DNA of 64,000 bases from Octopus vulgaris (GCA_951406725.2 OX597823.1:76570001-76634000), one strand, 5' to 3'; positions 12,299 through 26,261 are shown, counted from the stretch's first letter. A program made the numbers and translations. Notes: generated from the sequence alone by a model not told the origin.

Positions 12299-13239
12299 AT
12301 GGCAGACTTTCTACAAGGAATCCTCAGATCCTTTTTAAAGTTCTACACCATTAAAGATACATTGATGTAATCTTCTGCAGCACCTTATCTGTCAATACTA
12401 CAAAATAACAATTTCAAATTTTGGCACAAGGCTAGCAATTTTGGGGGAAAGGGTTGAGCCAATTATATCAACCCCCAGTACTCCACTGGTACTTATTTTA
12501 TAAACCCCCAAAAGGATGAAAGCAAATTTGACTTGGGCAGAATTTGAACTAAGAAGATTGACAAAATGTTGCTATGCATTTTGTCTAGTGTGCTAATGGT
12601 TCTTCTAGATTGCTGCCATGATATACAGAAATAATAAAAACATTTAAATCGACCACTAAATTCTTAGTCTGTTACCCTACCCTGACTATTTTTTCGATGG
12701 GGTGCTTGCAGAAACTGAGAATCTGAACAATAACGTAACTACTTATATTTATTATGTTCAAGCAGATTTAAACAAATGTGTGACCTTTGATGCGTTTTTA
12801 GGGGATTTTTGTCATCAGTGGACACTTCCTCCCTTTGAGCAATATGTGTTCTTAACACATACAATTCACTGGTGTCAGGAGACTTTGAGACACTATAGTG
12901 TTTCAACCTCATTGTGTGTCTCATCAGTCAAAGCTATCATACCAGATCGATGTATCTCAAAAGAGCATAAGCTCTTGTTTATAGGAATAAATTATTTGCT
13001 GATGTATACTGATGTCTGCCAAACAGATAATAATTCATGCGGTGCACACAGAATAGTGAGAATCCATAGAGTGATATATCTATTCATTTCATAAGAATAA
13101 ATATATACGTTATTGTTTGGATATTTCACCACACTGCTATAAACCACATTTTACTGCGAAAATGTCATAATCACAATTTAACCATGTTGCTTGAGATACG
13201 CCAATACATTAAATGCAGAAATAGACAGATTTACAGACA

Positions 13240-13299
13240 GATGTGTATACCTGTGTGTGCATGAGAATGCCTATATGTGTATGTGTGTACATGTGTGTT

Positions 13300-13346
<47 letters not shown>

Positions 13347-13454
13347 ACATATGTGTGGGAGTAATATATATATCATCATTATCATCATTTAAAATCCACT
13401 TTCCATGCTACCATATTTATGAGTGTGTGTATGTGTATATAATATTTATGTCTG

Positions 13455-13499
<45 letters not shown>

Positions 13500-13509
13500 G
13501 TGCTACATA

Positions 13510-13545
<36 letters not shown>

Positions 13546-13845
13546 TGTATGTATGTATATGTATGTATGTATATGTATGTATGTATATGTATATATGTAT
13601 ATATATATGTGTGTGTGTGTGTGTATGTATGTATCTATGTATATGTATGTATCTATATATATGTATGTATCTATATATATGTATGTGTATCTATATATAT
13701 GTATATGTATTTATACACATATATATGTATATATGTATATATGAATACATGTATGTGTTTATCTGTATATGTATATATGTATATGTATATGTGTGTTTGT
13801 GTGTGTATGGGAGAGACAGGCATACACATACATATATGTATACAG
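13240..13845. repeat. Compound (TA)n/(TATG)n/(TG)n microsatellite
   Basis: Direct reading. Similar tracts at 2780-3045, 5805-6050, 17585-17995, 21550-21775 and 24510-25070. Confidence 0.95.
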
Positions 13846-14411
13846 ACATTACCTTTTTAAAATGAAGCATTTTCGTTTTTCATAAATTCTGTGTAATATT
13901 TCCTAGCAGTAATAGAAACATCGACACTATTTTACATTATATTTCTTTACTACTCTCAGTTTCTTTTACTTTATTCTTTCTCATATCTAGTTTATTGTTT
14001 AAAAGTGAGTGACTTCAAACCAAAACGATTCCGACAGCACCTTCTTGGAGATGACTTCAGCTTAAAAATGTTGTCATGAAATGCATCATGTGTTGTCTAA
14101 TTCTTAAGACTTCAATTTTCTCAGTGCATCTGTCAATACTTCGGTTTCTATATCCAGTCATTCACCTGTATTCTGATTTCATTCTATACTCACCTGTAAT
14201 CTGATTATATTTTATATCAATAGCCATTAACTAATTGTATAAGCTTGTATATATATCCACATGTACCAGCCCACTATAGACATTCAAAATACCTATCTAT
14301 TTCTATATATATATACATATATATATATACATATGTACATACACATGTATATATATATATATAAATATATGAAAGAATGGAGTTGAACGACGAATTAACA
14401 AAATTCCTTTA

Positions 14412-14494
14412 TTTTCGACATATGTTTCGAAGGCTGCATATTCCTAATTGTGAAAGAATAAGGAGTATATTATGCCGCTTTCTCATCAGGAAAA
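14412..14494 (-). ncRNA. Minimal type I hammerhead ribozyme with intact core and long helix II
   Basis: ttttc-CTGATGA-gaaagcggcat...atgcagccttc-GAAA-CATATG-TC-gaaaa: helix I ttttc/gaaaa, palindromic ACATATGT helix III, GUC cleavage triplet. Confidence 0.75.
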
Positions 14495-14536
14495 GCAAGG
14501 AACTTATGTCAACATCAAGATGCACAAAAAACTTTT

Positions 14537-14600
14537 AGATGACTGCTCACACGGAGCCCATAGCCCATTATCGCTATGGGCTCCTTGTGAGCAGTCATCT
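14537..14600. repeat. 28-bp-arm hairpin (1 mismatch, 8-nt loop)
   Basis: agatgactgctcaca-c-ggagcccatagc / ccattatc / gctatgggctcc-t-tgtgagcagtcatct. Confidence 0.9.
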
Positions 14601-14647
14601 TCTTCTTCTACTTCGTCTTCTTCTTCTTTTTCTTCTTCTTCTTCTTC

Positions 14648-14679
<32 letters not shown>

Positions 14680-14885
14680 CTTCTTCTTCTTCTTCTTCTT
14701 CTTCTTCTTCTTCTTCTTCTTCTTCTACTTCCTCTTTTTCTTCTTCTTCTTCTTCTTCTTCTTCTTCTTCTTCTTCTTCTTCTTCTTCTTCTTCTTCTTC
14801 TTCTTCTTCTTCTTCTTCTTCTTCTTCTTCTTCTTCTACTTCTTCTTCTTCTTCTTTTTCTACTTCTTCTTCTCCTTCTTCTTCA
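14597..14885. repeat. (TCT)n/(GAA)n trinucleotide tract, ~290 bp
   Basis: Direct reading. It is the source of the poly-S, poly-E and poly-L ORFs. Confidence 0.95.
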
Positions 14886-15447
14886 TTTTCATCAATGTCA
14901 TCATCATCATTGTTGTTGCTGTCATCCACATCATCATTTTTGCATCTACTTTTCCATGTATGTGTCTATCATTTTGTGTCTTAGTTTGTCGCCTGCTACT
15001 GCTTGATAACCGGTGTTGGTGTGTTTACATCTCTATCACTTAGCAGTCTTCTAAAAGAGACTGATAAGCTTTAAAAAGAAAGAAATAAGTAGTGCAGTCA
15101 ATACATTCAACTAAAAAAAAAAACGAATTCTTCAAGCTGGTGCCCCTGGATGGCTACAATCTGATAACTGAAACAACTAAAAGATAAAAGATAATTAACA
15201 GAAGAAAATGTCCCAGATACTCAAATAAACTGGAAGACAGCTACAGTAACAACATCAACAATAACATCATTCCAAACACAGCAGTTTGTTTATAAAGAAA
15301 TTCCTTCAATACAGAGTCAACAAATGGAGCTTTTATGTCTCTCACATTTACAAGGAAATTATATGTAATAGAGAGAATTCTGTGAAACCAAATAGAATAT
15401 GTTTGCTTTGGGAGATGATCTGGGAGAAGCAAAAGAAAAAGCAGAAG

Positions 15448-15851
15448 ATTTCTTATTTCTTTATTGCCCACCAGGGGCTAAACTTAGAGGGGACAAACAA
15501 GGAGAGACAAACGGATTAAGTTGATTATATCAACCCCAGTGTGTAACTGGTACTTATTTTAGAGACCCCCCCGAAAGGATGAAAGACAAAGTCGACCTCG
15601 GTGGAATTTGAATACCTATTTCTTTACTGCCCACAAGGGGCTAAACATAGAGAGGACAAACAAGGATAGACAAATAGATTAAGTCGATTACATCGACCCC
15701 AGTGCGTAACTGGTACTTAATTTATCGACTTCTGAAAGGATGAAAGGCAAAGTTGACCTCGGCGGAATTTGAACTCAGAACGTAGTAGCAGATGAAATAC
15801 TTCTAAGCATTTTGCTCAGATTGCAAACGTTTCTGCCAGCTCGCCGCCTTA
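15448..15851 (-). mobile_element. SINE family B with duplicated 3' half
   Basis: Two tandem copies of the 3' part and one head ending ...ctcgccgcctta. Confidence 0.8.
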
Positions 15852-17595
15852 CATAGAGGAAGATTTCTATGTGTGAAAAGATGGAAATGGATTCAGTTTT
15901 TCCCTCATGTAAATTAGTACAAAAGGTTCTCATAGTGAAAGTGGTAGAAGGTATTTCAACTGGAAAAGCAACAACTGTGACACTATCTGTTGTATCTTTA
16001 AGACTAAAGATACTGTCAAAACACAAGCCGAAATTGTCAGATATACCCCAAACTATACAGTTGTGCCTGAGTACATAGGTCAAAGAAACATAAATGTCGT
16101 GGTAAAAGACATAGGAAATAACACAGACTCATGACTGGTTGTAACTTTTTATGTCACAGTAAAGGTGAAAGGTCAAAGCAAGCTTAACAAAAGATGACCT
16201 GTGGCCGGGGTTCATAGTTTTGTAAGTCTTAATGATACCCGAATGCCACAGACCCATACTATAACTGTGCCCTGTAGAAAGCCTCTGAGACAAAGAGCTT
16301 AACATTAAGGATACACAGTTGAAAGTGTTGTTACATTTGTCAGAGTAAAGCACACCTTATAGCTAATGTCTAACTACATGAGGTTCAGAGATATGACATG
16401 TTCCAGATTACAAAGCAGCATACAGAAGAAAAATCACAGACAATGAAGGTGAGAAGAGTGTATTGATGGGAAATGGCATGCTTGTACTTTGTGTGTCTAA
16501 GAATTAAAAGCCATAAAGATGCTAGTATAAAAGAGCACTCTGTCGGTTATGATGACAAGGTCCCCAGCTGATATGATTAACAGAACAACTTGCTTGTGAA
16601 ATTAACATATTTATATATATATATATATATATATATTGTCCAGAGCTGGTGTCAAATAAAAAACACCCAGTCTACTTTATAAAGTGGTTGGCATTAGGAA
16701 GGGAATTCCACCCTAAAAAAAAAACATGCTAAAAGAGACAGTGAAGATTTTGGCAGTCCTCTGGCTTGCCAGCTCCTGTCAAACTGCCCAACCCACTACT
16801 GCATGGAAGATAGACTTTAAATGATGATGATGATGACGATGATGACAACGACGGTGTCCATTGTACCCAACACTGTCCAATGTATCCTTTAATTTTTTTG
16901 AGGTGAAGATGATGTGGCATCTATTTCTAGGAAATCAAGTGACCTCTTCATTCGTTTATTAATGTATATGGTGCTGTTAATGACCTTGTTGTTTAAAACC
17001 AAGATAATCAGAAGTGTAAATGATAAAATCTATTACCAATGGCATTCTAGCCATGGCCAATCCATCTAAAAATATCGTGTGTCAACAATGTCAAGAACTA
17101 AATACCTGCACTGCATTATTCTGCTTCCTGGGAAAACTAGGGGCTTATTTGATGAAAATTTTACTGCTATTTCTAGCAAGTCAAACAACCACCCAGAATT
17201 TCCCTACTAAATCCAATAAGTTATAACATCAATAAAATCGTTGGTAAATTGATTTAATAGTTTATGGTTAATTTGAATTGCGACATCAACTAAACTTTTC
17301 AAGTAATACTGATGCAGAAAAGCACAATTTCAACCAGGAATCAAACAGAGTTCATCAGCAAATATTTTAGGTCTCCATTGACTCTCTTTGAAATATGCAG
17401 TATATGGCCTTTAATGAAAGTAGGGTTGCTTTGTTATTTTTGTTGATGGTGTTTATATTTTGTGTGTGTGTGTGTTTTTTGTTTGTTTTTTTTTCGCAAT
17501 AGATAAAGAACTGAAAATGCTAACATGGCCTACTGATATAAATATAATTGCAAGTATAAATACATCAAATATTGCACATAAAATCTGTCTGTCTG

Positions 17596-17757
<162 letters not shown>

Positions 17758-17790
17758 ATGTATATATGTATATATATATATGTATATATG

Positions 17791-17825
<35 letters not shown>

Positions 17826-17952
17826 GTATATATGTATATATATATATGTATGTATATATGTATATATATATATGTATGTATATATGTATATATATATATA
17901 TGTATGTATATATGTATATATATATATGTATGTATATATATGTACATATATA

Positions 17953-17993
<41 letters not shown>

Positions 17994-18439
17994 TCTTTTA
18001 CTCTTTTACTTGTTTCAGTCATTTGACTGCAGCCATGCTGAAGCACCGCCTTTAGTCGAACAAATCGATCCGAGGACTTATTTTTTGTAAGCTTAGTACT
18101 TATTCTATCACTCTGTATTGCCAATCCTCTAAACACACCAACATCGGTTGTCAAGTAATGGTGGGGGTACAAACACAGACACAAAAACATATTCATATGC
18201 CAGTAGCATGTAAAAAAGTGCCATCTGAACATGGTCTATGCCAGAACCACCTTGACTGGCTCCCGTGCCGATGGCACATAAAAATAACTCACTACACTCA
18301 CTAACTGGCCTTAGGAATGGCATCCAGCTGTAGAAACACTGCCAGATTGGACTGGAGCCTGGTGCAGCCTCCTGGCTTCCCAGAGCCCGGTCAAGCAGTC
18401 CAACCTATGCTTGCATGGAAAACAGACGTTAAATGATGA

Positions 18440-18503
<64 letters not shown>

Positions 18504-19604
18504 ATAGGGGACTAAAATGTACGTACGCTGCTATATACTTTTTATATATAAAAAAATACAAAAACCGGACAATTTATATACATATATGTAAGTATGTATG
18601 TATATATGTATGTATGTATAGATGAATATATAAATAGATCGTCATCATCTTCATTGTCATCATTTAGCATCCGTTTTCCATGCTGGCATGAGTTACATGG
18701 TTTGATTGGAACTGGTAAGCTTCATGCCCAGGTGCAGCTACAGTTGGGTGTCATTCCTAATGCCAACCACTCCATGGTGTGTACTGGATGTCTTTTCGTG
18801 TCACGTGTGTGTGCGCGTGTGAATGTGTGCATGTCTGTATATGTGTGTGTGACACTCCATTGATTACTATGATGAGTGTTCCAGTTGATGCAATCAATGG
18901 AACAGCCTGCTTGTGAAATTAGCATGCTAATGGCTGAGCACTCCAAATATATGTGTCCCCTTAATGTAGTTCTCAGGGAAATGTGATTGGGCTGACACTT
19001 TGAAATATAGGTACCCGCTATTTTTGCCATATATGTATTTTTGTCAATCTGATATAAAATCAGATAAGTTGAGAATGGAACCGAACATTGTGGGGGATCT
19101 TTTACTTGTGCTTCAGATCATGGCACTCCCATATACCTGAGCCTGCAACCCACATTGGCACTGGATATTTTACCATAGATTGTCTCTGGATTATGGGAGT
19201 AGAGTAGAAAGGGTCTGTGGGGTGCTGTGCAAGCTTTATTAGACCTAGAATTTTAGATTGTGCATTTACCAGCAAGGTGACTACCTGATACTCATGCAAG
19301 TAGGATGGTGCATCCATGAGAATGGCAACTGTGGAGACGAATCCAATTAAAGCCAACTGCTTTCTCACATGTTTATCCATTTTCTTATATGTTTGGCAAA
19401 TATCTACAATTTTCTGATTCCTATCAGCAAATGAAACATGTGTAATAAGTGAAAAACAATACCAAAAATTTTTTTGAACTTCCTATTTTGGTATATATAT
19501 ATATATATATAATAGTGTAATAAATAAAGTATATGCATACATACATACATACATATATGTACGTACATACATCTACATGTATATATACATGCATATATAA
19601 ATAT

Positions 19605-20220
19605 ATATACGTGAGTACAGGACACCACAAATAGACGCAGAACTCAACGAGAACGAAACGTAAAAACAAGCATGGAACGAACCTTTTTTTTACAAAGAAA
19701 AAAAACAGAGTACTAGACAAACTACACAAGGAAAAATCCCCTTCATCAGCTGTCCCTAGTTCAACTCCAGCATGTTTCGAAGGTGAGGACAGAACACGAC
19801 TCGTCGAACTAGCCCTTCCTGCGAAGAAATTAAAGGAAATTACTTTTTTAGAAAAGGGTAAAAACAATGTGACACAACAGGATGTAAAAACGGTACAAAT
19901 AAAGGATGTAAAAACGATACAAATAAAATTACAAACCAAAATACAATACTAGAAATAAAAACACACAAGAAAACAACCAAAGAGGGCCTTTTTTGCCTAG
20001 ACGAGGAGAGATTCAAGGAGCGCAAGAAAACTGTGTGTTTACAGTTAGAAGGCCACATGCAAAAGGAAGTATTTGGCCAGCTGTGAGAGAGAGGAGGAGG
20101 AGTGAGAGAGAGAGAGAGAGAGAGGAAGACAAACGGCTGTGAGAGAGATGAGGAGGAGGGAGAGAGAGAGAAAGGGAGAGAAGGGAAGGTTAAGCAAAGA
20201 GGTATAGGGTTTCGCGTCAT
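19605..20220 (-). mobile_element. Unclassified interspersed repeat embedded in (TA)n, possibly PLE-related
   Basis: CpG-retaining segment bounded by TA runs. It has GAAAC and CTGATGA motifs but no canonical hammerhead fold. Confidence 0.4.
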
Positions 20221-20265
20221 ATATATATATATATGTATGTACGTATGAATGTGTGTATGTATATA

Positions 20266-20830
20266 TTGGGTTGTCCAGAAAGTTCGTGCCGATTTTTAAA
20301 GGAAAGAAAAAGGTCAATAAATACTTGCCATTACATTTTTAATCAACCAAATATGAACCATTTTGTTGCACAATGCGTCTTCTTTCTTTCCTTTAACTTG
20401 AAAATACCCTCTTCCCAGAATTGAGCTGGTTTCATGGCAAAGAATTCATCAAGGTATCTTTTTATGTCATCGAAGGAATTGAAATTTTTACCATTAAGAC
20501 TATCGTGCATGGACCTGAATAAGTGGAAATCCGAAGGAGCAATTTCTGGTGAATATGGAGGGTGGGGTAACACATCCCAGCTGAGATGCTGCAATTTTTG
20601 TCTGGTTCCCAAAGCATCAAGTGCCAAAAATAAACTTTTCTTCCATTTTAAAGGGTTACAGAATTAACACAGGTTATAGGAACATAAATCTTCTTCCATG
20701 CAAAGATAGCTTAAACTGTGCTCTAAATGGAGTTGTAGTCAAATCCTATTTTATGGACTCAACCATGTTCTAAAATAAGTCTAAAAGTAAGCTACTATAA
20801 ATCAGCAGGAACATTCTGGACAATCCAAAA
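20266..20830 (-). mobile_element. Mariner transposon, internal-deletion derivative
   Basis: TIRs ttgggttgtccagaaagttc / gaacattctggacaatccaa with TA flanks. Transposase C-terminus WDVLPHPPYSPEIAPSDFHLFRSM (ORF 20343-20627) is fused to a short N-terminal remnant starting at the ATG near 20646. Confidence 0.9.
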
Positions 20831-20851
20831 TATATATATATGTATATATAT

Positions 20852-21548
20852 TGAGAATTTACAAAAAAAAAAAAACAAAAGATGAAGACAGGAGTGTAAA
20901 CAACAAACAGATGTATTAGTTTAATGCTCAGGAAGTGAGAAAGTGTTTTATGTTTTGAGCCTATGCTCTTTGACAGAAAGGAACACAGAAATAAACAGGG
21001 AGAGAAAATAGAAAAGGGTTTAGTGGCTAGCGATTTAACATGGCGCAAGTGCGGAGTGAGAGAAACAACAATAGGAAGAAACAAAAAGTACAAACAAGTT
21101 TAGAAAAGTTCAAAAGATTCAAATGTTGAGGTGTATTGGAGCGATTTCTCATCGAAGGAAGAGTCCAGTGTAATCCATGGGTAGGAGAGGTGCAGCCAAA
21201 GTGTAGGAGTCCCAGTGTAGAAGAAAGTCCAGGTAGAGAATGTCCAAGAAAAGGTCGAAGTGGAGTTGGAGACAGGATAAAACTGGTGCAACCATGTGAG
21301 CGTTTAATATATTTATTAAAGTGAGAATTTGCAAAAAAATAAAAGACGAAGATGGGTCTGTAAACAACAAACTGGTGTATTAGTTTAACACTCAAGAAGT
21401 AAGAATGTCTTTTATGTTTCAAGTCTATGCTCTTTGACAGAAAGGAACACAGAAATAAACAGGGAGAGAAAATAGAAAAAGGTTTAGTAGCTAGCGATTT
21501 ATTATGGCACAAATGCAGATTGAGAGAAGTGACAATAGGCAAAAGCAG
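20852..21548 (-). mobile_element. Element with two ~230-bp direct repeats, each with a decayed hammerhead (tandem pLTRs, non-autonomous PLE/retrozyme-like)
   Basis: 20852-21085 matches 21322-21548. The cores CTGTCAA-AGAGC-ATAG-GCTC-AAAA / -ACTT-GAAA-CATA lie at ~20945-20980 and 21409-21444. An older copy is at ~8700-8830. Confidence 0.65.
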
Positions 21549-21735
21549 ATATATATAAGTATATATATATATATATGCATATATATATATATGTATATAT
21601 ATGTGCATCTATCTATATATATATATACATATACATATATGCACATATATATGTGTGTATATGTATATATATATATATATTTATATATGTATGTATGCAT
21701 GTGTGTATGCATGTATGTGTGTATATGCATGTGTG

Positions 21736-21776
<41 letters not shown>

Positions 21777-21779
21777 TAA

Positions 21780-23305
21780 CTTTAATATGGATTGAAATCA
21801 GAGAATACTTACTTCTTTGAAAAACGAGTATAAACATCAAGATTATGATCTTAACTTGAAGAATACTTTATGGTTAATTATTCCATTTGGCAAATAGGTA
21901 AATTACAATTTTTCCAAATTGTTTAATATAGCAATTCAAAAATATTTTCCAATCAATCACAAACATCATAAAGTTTTTGATAGGCATAAGATTAGAATGG
22001 CTTATTGTCTTAGCAAAAACATTGCACAAATTATAGCAACACATGATGTTTTAACAATATCAAAATTTCAAAAAGGCAATTTTAATCAGAGTAGTATAGT
22101 AAATATTAAGCAATAATAATGTTAAATGGAATAAAAAAAACTCAAATAGAAGAGAACATTAATAATCTAAATGTCGCTTAAAGGGAAACAACCGAATTTA
22201 ACATAGTTATTAACATCAAATCAAATAAAATTTCAGCTAGAGTTAGAACGAAGGAGTAAATAGTTATAAAGAACTTAGTGGAAATGAATTTAATTCTACG
22301 ATGGATGATCAAATTAAAGCTAAATCTGAGAGAAATATAAGTGATTATATTTGCAATTGTTTTAAACAGGAATCCTGTTTTGAGAGAAAGAAATGTAAGA
22401 CTAAAAATGTAATATGTAGATGTAAAGTTGTGAGGGCGCGTGGCTTAGTGGTTAGGGCATTCGGCTCATGATCGTAAGGTTGTGAGTTCGATTCCCGGTG
22501 ACGCGTTGTGTCCTTGAGCAAGACACTTTATTTCGTGTTGCTCCAGTCCACTCGGCTGGCAAAAATGAGTTGTGCTTGTATTTGCAAGCTGTTCCGTTGA
22601 TCGTATCAGCTGGGACCCTCGTTGTCGTAACCGGCGGAGTCTTTTAGATGTAAAGTTACATCTGAGGGTAATGAATACTTTCACATCAGGGGGATATCAT
22701 TAATTTTCAAAGGGAGACTGGCAAATCATCTGAGTTCATTTAGAGATAAAAATAAAAGATTCCAAACAAATCTTAGCAAATTGATCTGATCTATTAAGGA
22801 CAGAAACAAAGACTATTCTATCAACTGGGAATTAATTTGTACTGCAAAACCATACAGAGCTGAAACCAAAAAAATGCAGCTTATGTTTAGAAGAATGTTA
22901 CCAGATTTTTACATCCAAAGCTAATGTAATAAATTCTAGACAGGAAGAAGCTTTGAGATGCTTGCACATGAGGAAATTTCCATTTATCAAGTATAAATGA
23001 ATGATAAACATTTAAACAACCGAATGGTTTGAAATAATGGACTATAAGTGATTATCCAATCAAAACTTGAAATGGAAATTGCTTGCATCTAACTTAATGG
23101 ACAACTCCACATCATGCAAGGCGGAATAGATAAGCATAAAACTTTAAACAGTCAAATCGAAGGCTATTAAGTAAAGACCCTGAGGAAGCTGAACAGATAC
23201 TAATCAGTGGAGTTGGAACATGTGTTGGTCTATGTAAAGCTGTATATATATTAAAAGAATTCAAGGTAATGCTATGCAACTTCATAATAATCCTTATTAT
23301 TAATA
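21780..23305 (+). mobile_element. Penelope-like retroelement 3' fragment (linker + GIY-YIG endonuclease + pLTR), decayed
   Basis: FPINHKHHKVFDRHKIRMAYCLSKNIAQII; CNCFKQESCF..CKTKNVICRCKV; FKGRLANHLSSFRD..TNLSKLI*SIKD..INWELICTAKPY../CSLCLEE..INSRQE..CLH. Hammerhead-like agacc-CTGAGGA..GGAA-catgtg-TT-ggtct at 23175-23231. Confidence 0.85.
22430..22644 (+). mobile_element. SINE family C inserted into the PLE, 13-bp TSD
   Basis: TSD tagatgtaaagtt at 22417-22429 and 22645-22657. A box TGGCTTAGTGG, B box GTTCGATTCC. Confidence 0.9.
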
Positions 23306-23324
23306 CTCCTGATATATATATGTA

Positions 23325-23360
<36 letters not shown>

Positions 23361-23379
23361 CACACAGAAATATATATAC

Positions 23380-23447
<68 letters not shown>

Positions 23448-23524
23448 TAGATATGTGTGTGTCTGTATGCATGTTTGAAAATATGTAAGTTTGAATAATT
23501 TGAATATACAAACACATTACTGAG

Positions 23525-23855
23525 ACCCCCTTTGGTCATAACTGACCATGGGATTGCACCTAGTAAGTTACCCTCCCAAGCACAAGTCCGGGCAAGGTTG
23601 TTTATGGAAGACCAGCAGTCACCCATGCATACCGGCCTCCCCTCTCCACGCCACCAGTGTTATCCAAGGAAAAGGCAAAGGACGATACAGCTTAGCACCT
23701 GTGATGTTCCAACTCATGTCTACGGCTGAGAGAACTGGAGCAACGTGAAATAAAGTGTCTTGCTCAAGAACACAACATGCAGCCCAGTCTGAGATTCGAA
23801 CTCAGTACCTCCCGATTGTAAGCTCGACACCCTAACCACTATGCCATGCACCTTC
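23525..23855 (-). mobile_element. SINE related to family C
   Basis: tRNA-like head at 23790-23855 (-) plus the shared gagcaagacactttatttcacgttgctcc domain. Confidence 0.7.
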
Positions 23856-24757
23856 ACTTTATATGCATACATACACCCATATATCTCTATGTTTTAAATA
23901 TAGATATATTAATTAAATATTCTACAAGTGTGTATAAAATTAACAACAATCTCTTGCAAAATCCTTGCAAAGTCCATGACAAGGCTGGGCCTTTGTATTA
24001 CTGGTTACACACTATTCTACATGCTTCCATAGAAATTCCATTTGTCTATACTTCTTAGCTCATGGTGCTTCAGAGTGGAACCAATCTCAAGACCTCCTGA
24101 TTGCAAAGTAAATTTCATAACCGCCCGACCATGTCCGCAGCACATATGATATATACACACGAGGTTTGTGTGGAGGGGTTGTGTATGTGTGAACATAAAG
24201 TAAAATGAGATAAAATATAGATTGATAAATAGATAATCAAATATAGATATAAAGATAGTAGGAATGCAGAGAGCTATCTGTACTGATGTTTTATGCGAGC
24301 GTTTATGCAAAATAGGCTGGAATAAGATATTTTAAAATAGACATTTGAAGCCAATTTTTTTTTTTTCCTTCATCTCTATCTTTATTCTATCTTCTGATAC
24401 AAACATTACCATACATCTGAAAAAGATTTATATCAAAATATGACATTTACAGCTTTCAGAGAGAAGCATTTAAAAACCTACATTACATATTTTCATATGT
24501 AATGTATATCTGTGTGTGTGTGTCTAAGTATGTGAGTGTTCAGTCTGAATGAAAGTGTGTCGTTTATTTATGTGCATATAATGTACATACAGATAGACAT
24601 GTATATATATGTATGTGTGTGTGTGTGTGTGTATAATGTGTATACATATATATATATATATATATAATATATATATATATATATACACACATTCATATAC
24701 ATATGTATTTGTATGTACATGTATATAGGTATATATATTCATGTATATGTATGTATG

Positions 24758-24796
<39 letters not shown>

Positions 24797-25438
24797 ATGT
24801 ATATATATACATGCATATATAATATATATGCATATGTGTATATGTACATATGGACGGACACACACGTACAGATATATGTATATATGTATAAATATATACA
24901 TGTGCATGTATGTTTATATATGTGTGTATGTATATATATATATATTTACATACAAACAAATATAAATATATATATATTTATTATATATATATATTTATGT
25001 CTGCGTATATATTCATATATATATATATATATATATGCATGTATATACTTGTGTGTATGTATGTGTGTTAAGTAAACAACATAACCTCGTAGAAGTACAC
25101 ATATATGGACATTGCAACAATTAATAACATCATAACTGCTGCATTGCATTGGATATGTAAAAATTTATATATACTGATTTTATATAACATAAAGGTGGGG
25201 AAAAGAAAGCAGGGTCGGTACATAAAAAATATCACTAGTTATCCAATGTCCAAGTTTTTCTCTGATAAGATGTAATATTTCTGATCATAGAGTAATTATT
25301 TCCTCTGTATATATTTTAACAAGTCTACACTCACCCCCACATGCACAGACACATTTACATACAGATATAAGCATATACATGTGTTGATACACACATATAC
25401 GTACGTACAGGAATATATAAATATAAATATGAAAATGC

Positions 25439-25472
<34 letters not shown>

Positions 25473-25949
25473 GTATGTATATCTCTTTTAACATTTACTT
25501 GTTTCAGTCATTAGACTGTGGCCATGCTAGGGCACTGCTTTGAGAAACAGAAAACACAGAAGGTGCTCCAGCATGGCTGCAGTCAAATGACTGAAACAAG
25601 TAAAAGAGCATTCATTCTACAGCAAGAAATATGTGACGATATTACCAGACTCAGAAACATGCAAGTGTTGGTAGCAGGAAGGACATCCAGTTGTAGAAAA
25701 ATCTGTCTCAATGAATTCTGTCCCATCTAGTCAAGCATTAAAATGCTAATGTTAAAATGATGATGTTGATAAAAATAACAATGATCATGGTTATGATGAT
25801 GATGATGATGTGCATCCATATATTGCCTTCATCTTCAGTGTTTTACATCCACTTCCCATTCTGGTGTGAGTTCGGTAGGTGGTTGCTTCTTTCATAAATG
25901 GATCAGAAGACAAAATCTCATTTTGGTTGGATTTGTATGACTAAATGCT

Positions 25950-26205
25950 GGGGATGAAGATAATATAATAGACAGGGAACACCACTGGAAAATACGAAAA
26001 CTAAAAGAAGCAACACATATGCTAGGACACAACAACCTCCTAAGCAGACCAAGTGCAGATATGAATAGCATATGGGAACTGGTATTAAGAAAGGATAGGA
26101 AAATATTAAATTTATAAGCCCTAAAAATTCACTCCATAATTGCCCATAGTGGTTAAGAGCACGGGCTACTAACCCCAGGATTCCGAGTTCGATTCCAGGC
26201 AGTGA

Positions 26206-26261
<56 letters not shown>

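Noticed and set aside
14472-15006. Long poly-Ser/poly-Glu/poly-Leu ORFs
   Set aside because: Translations of a (TCT)n microsatellite that is open in several frames; no splice or domain context.
19730-19830. CCTTC-GAAACATG...CAG-CTGATGA-AGGGG on the minus strand as a permuted (type II) hammerhead
   Set aside because: Helix II is plausible, but there is no proper NUH triplet or helix III in this copy; a family consensus would be needed.
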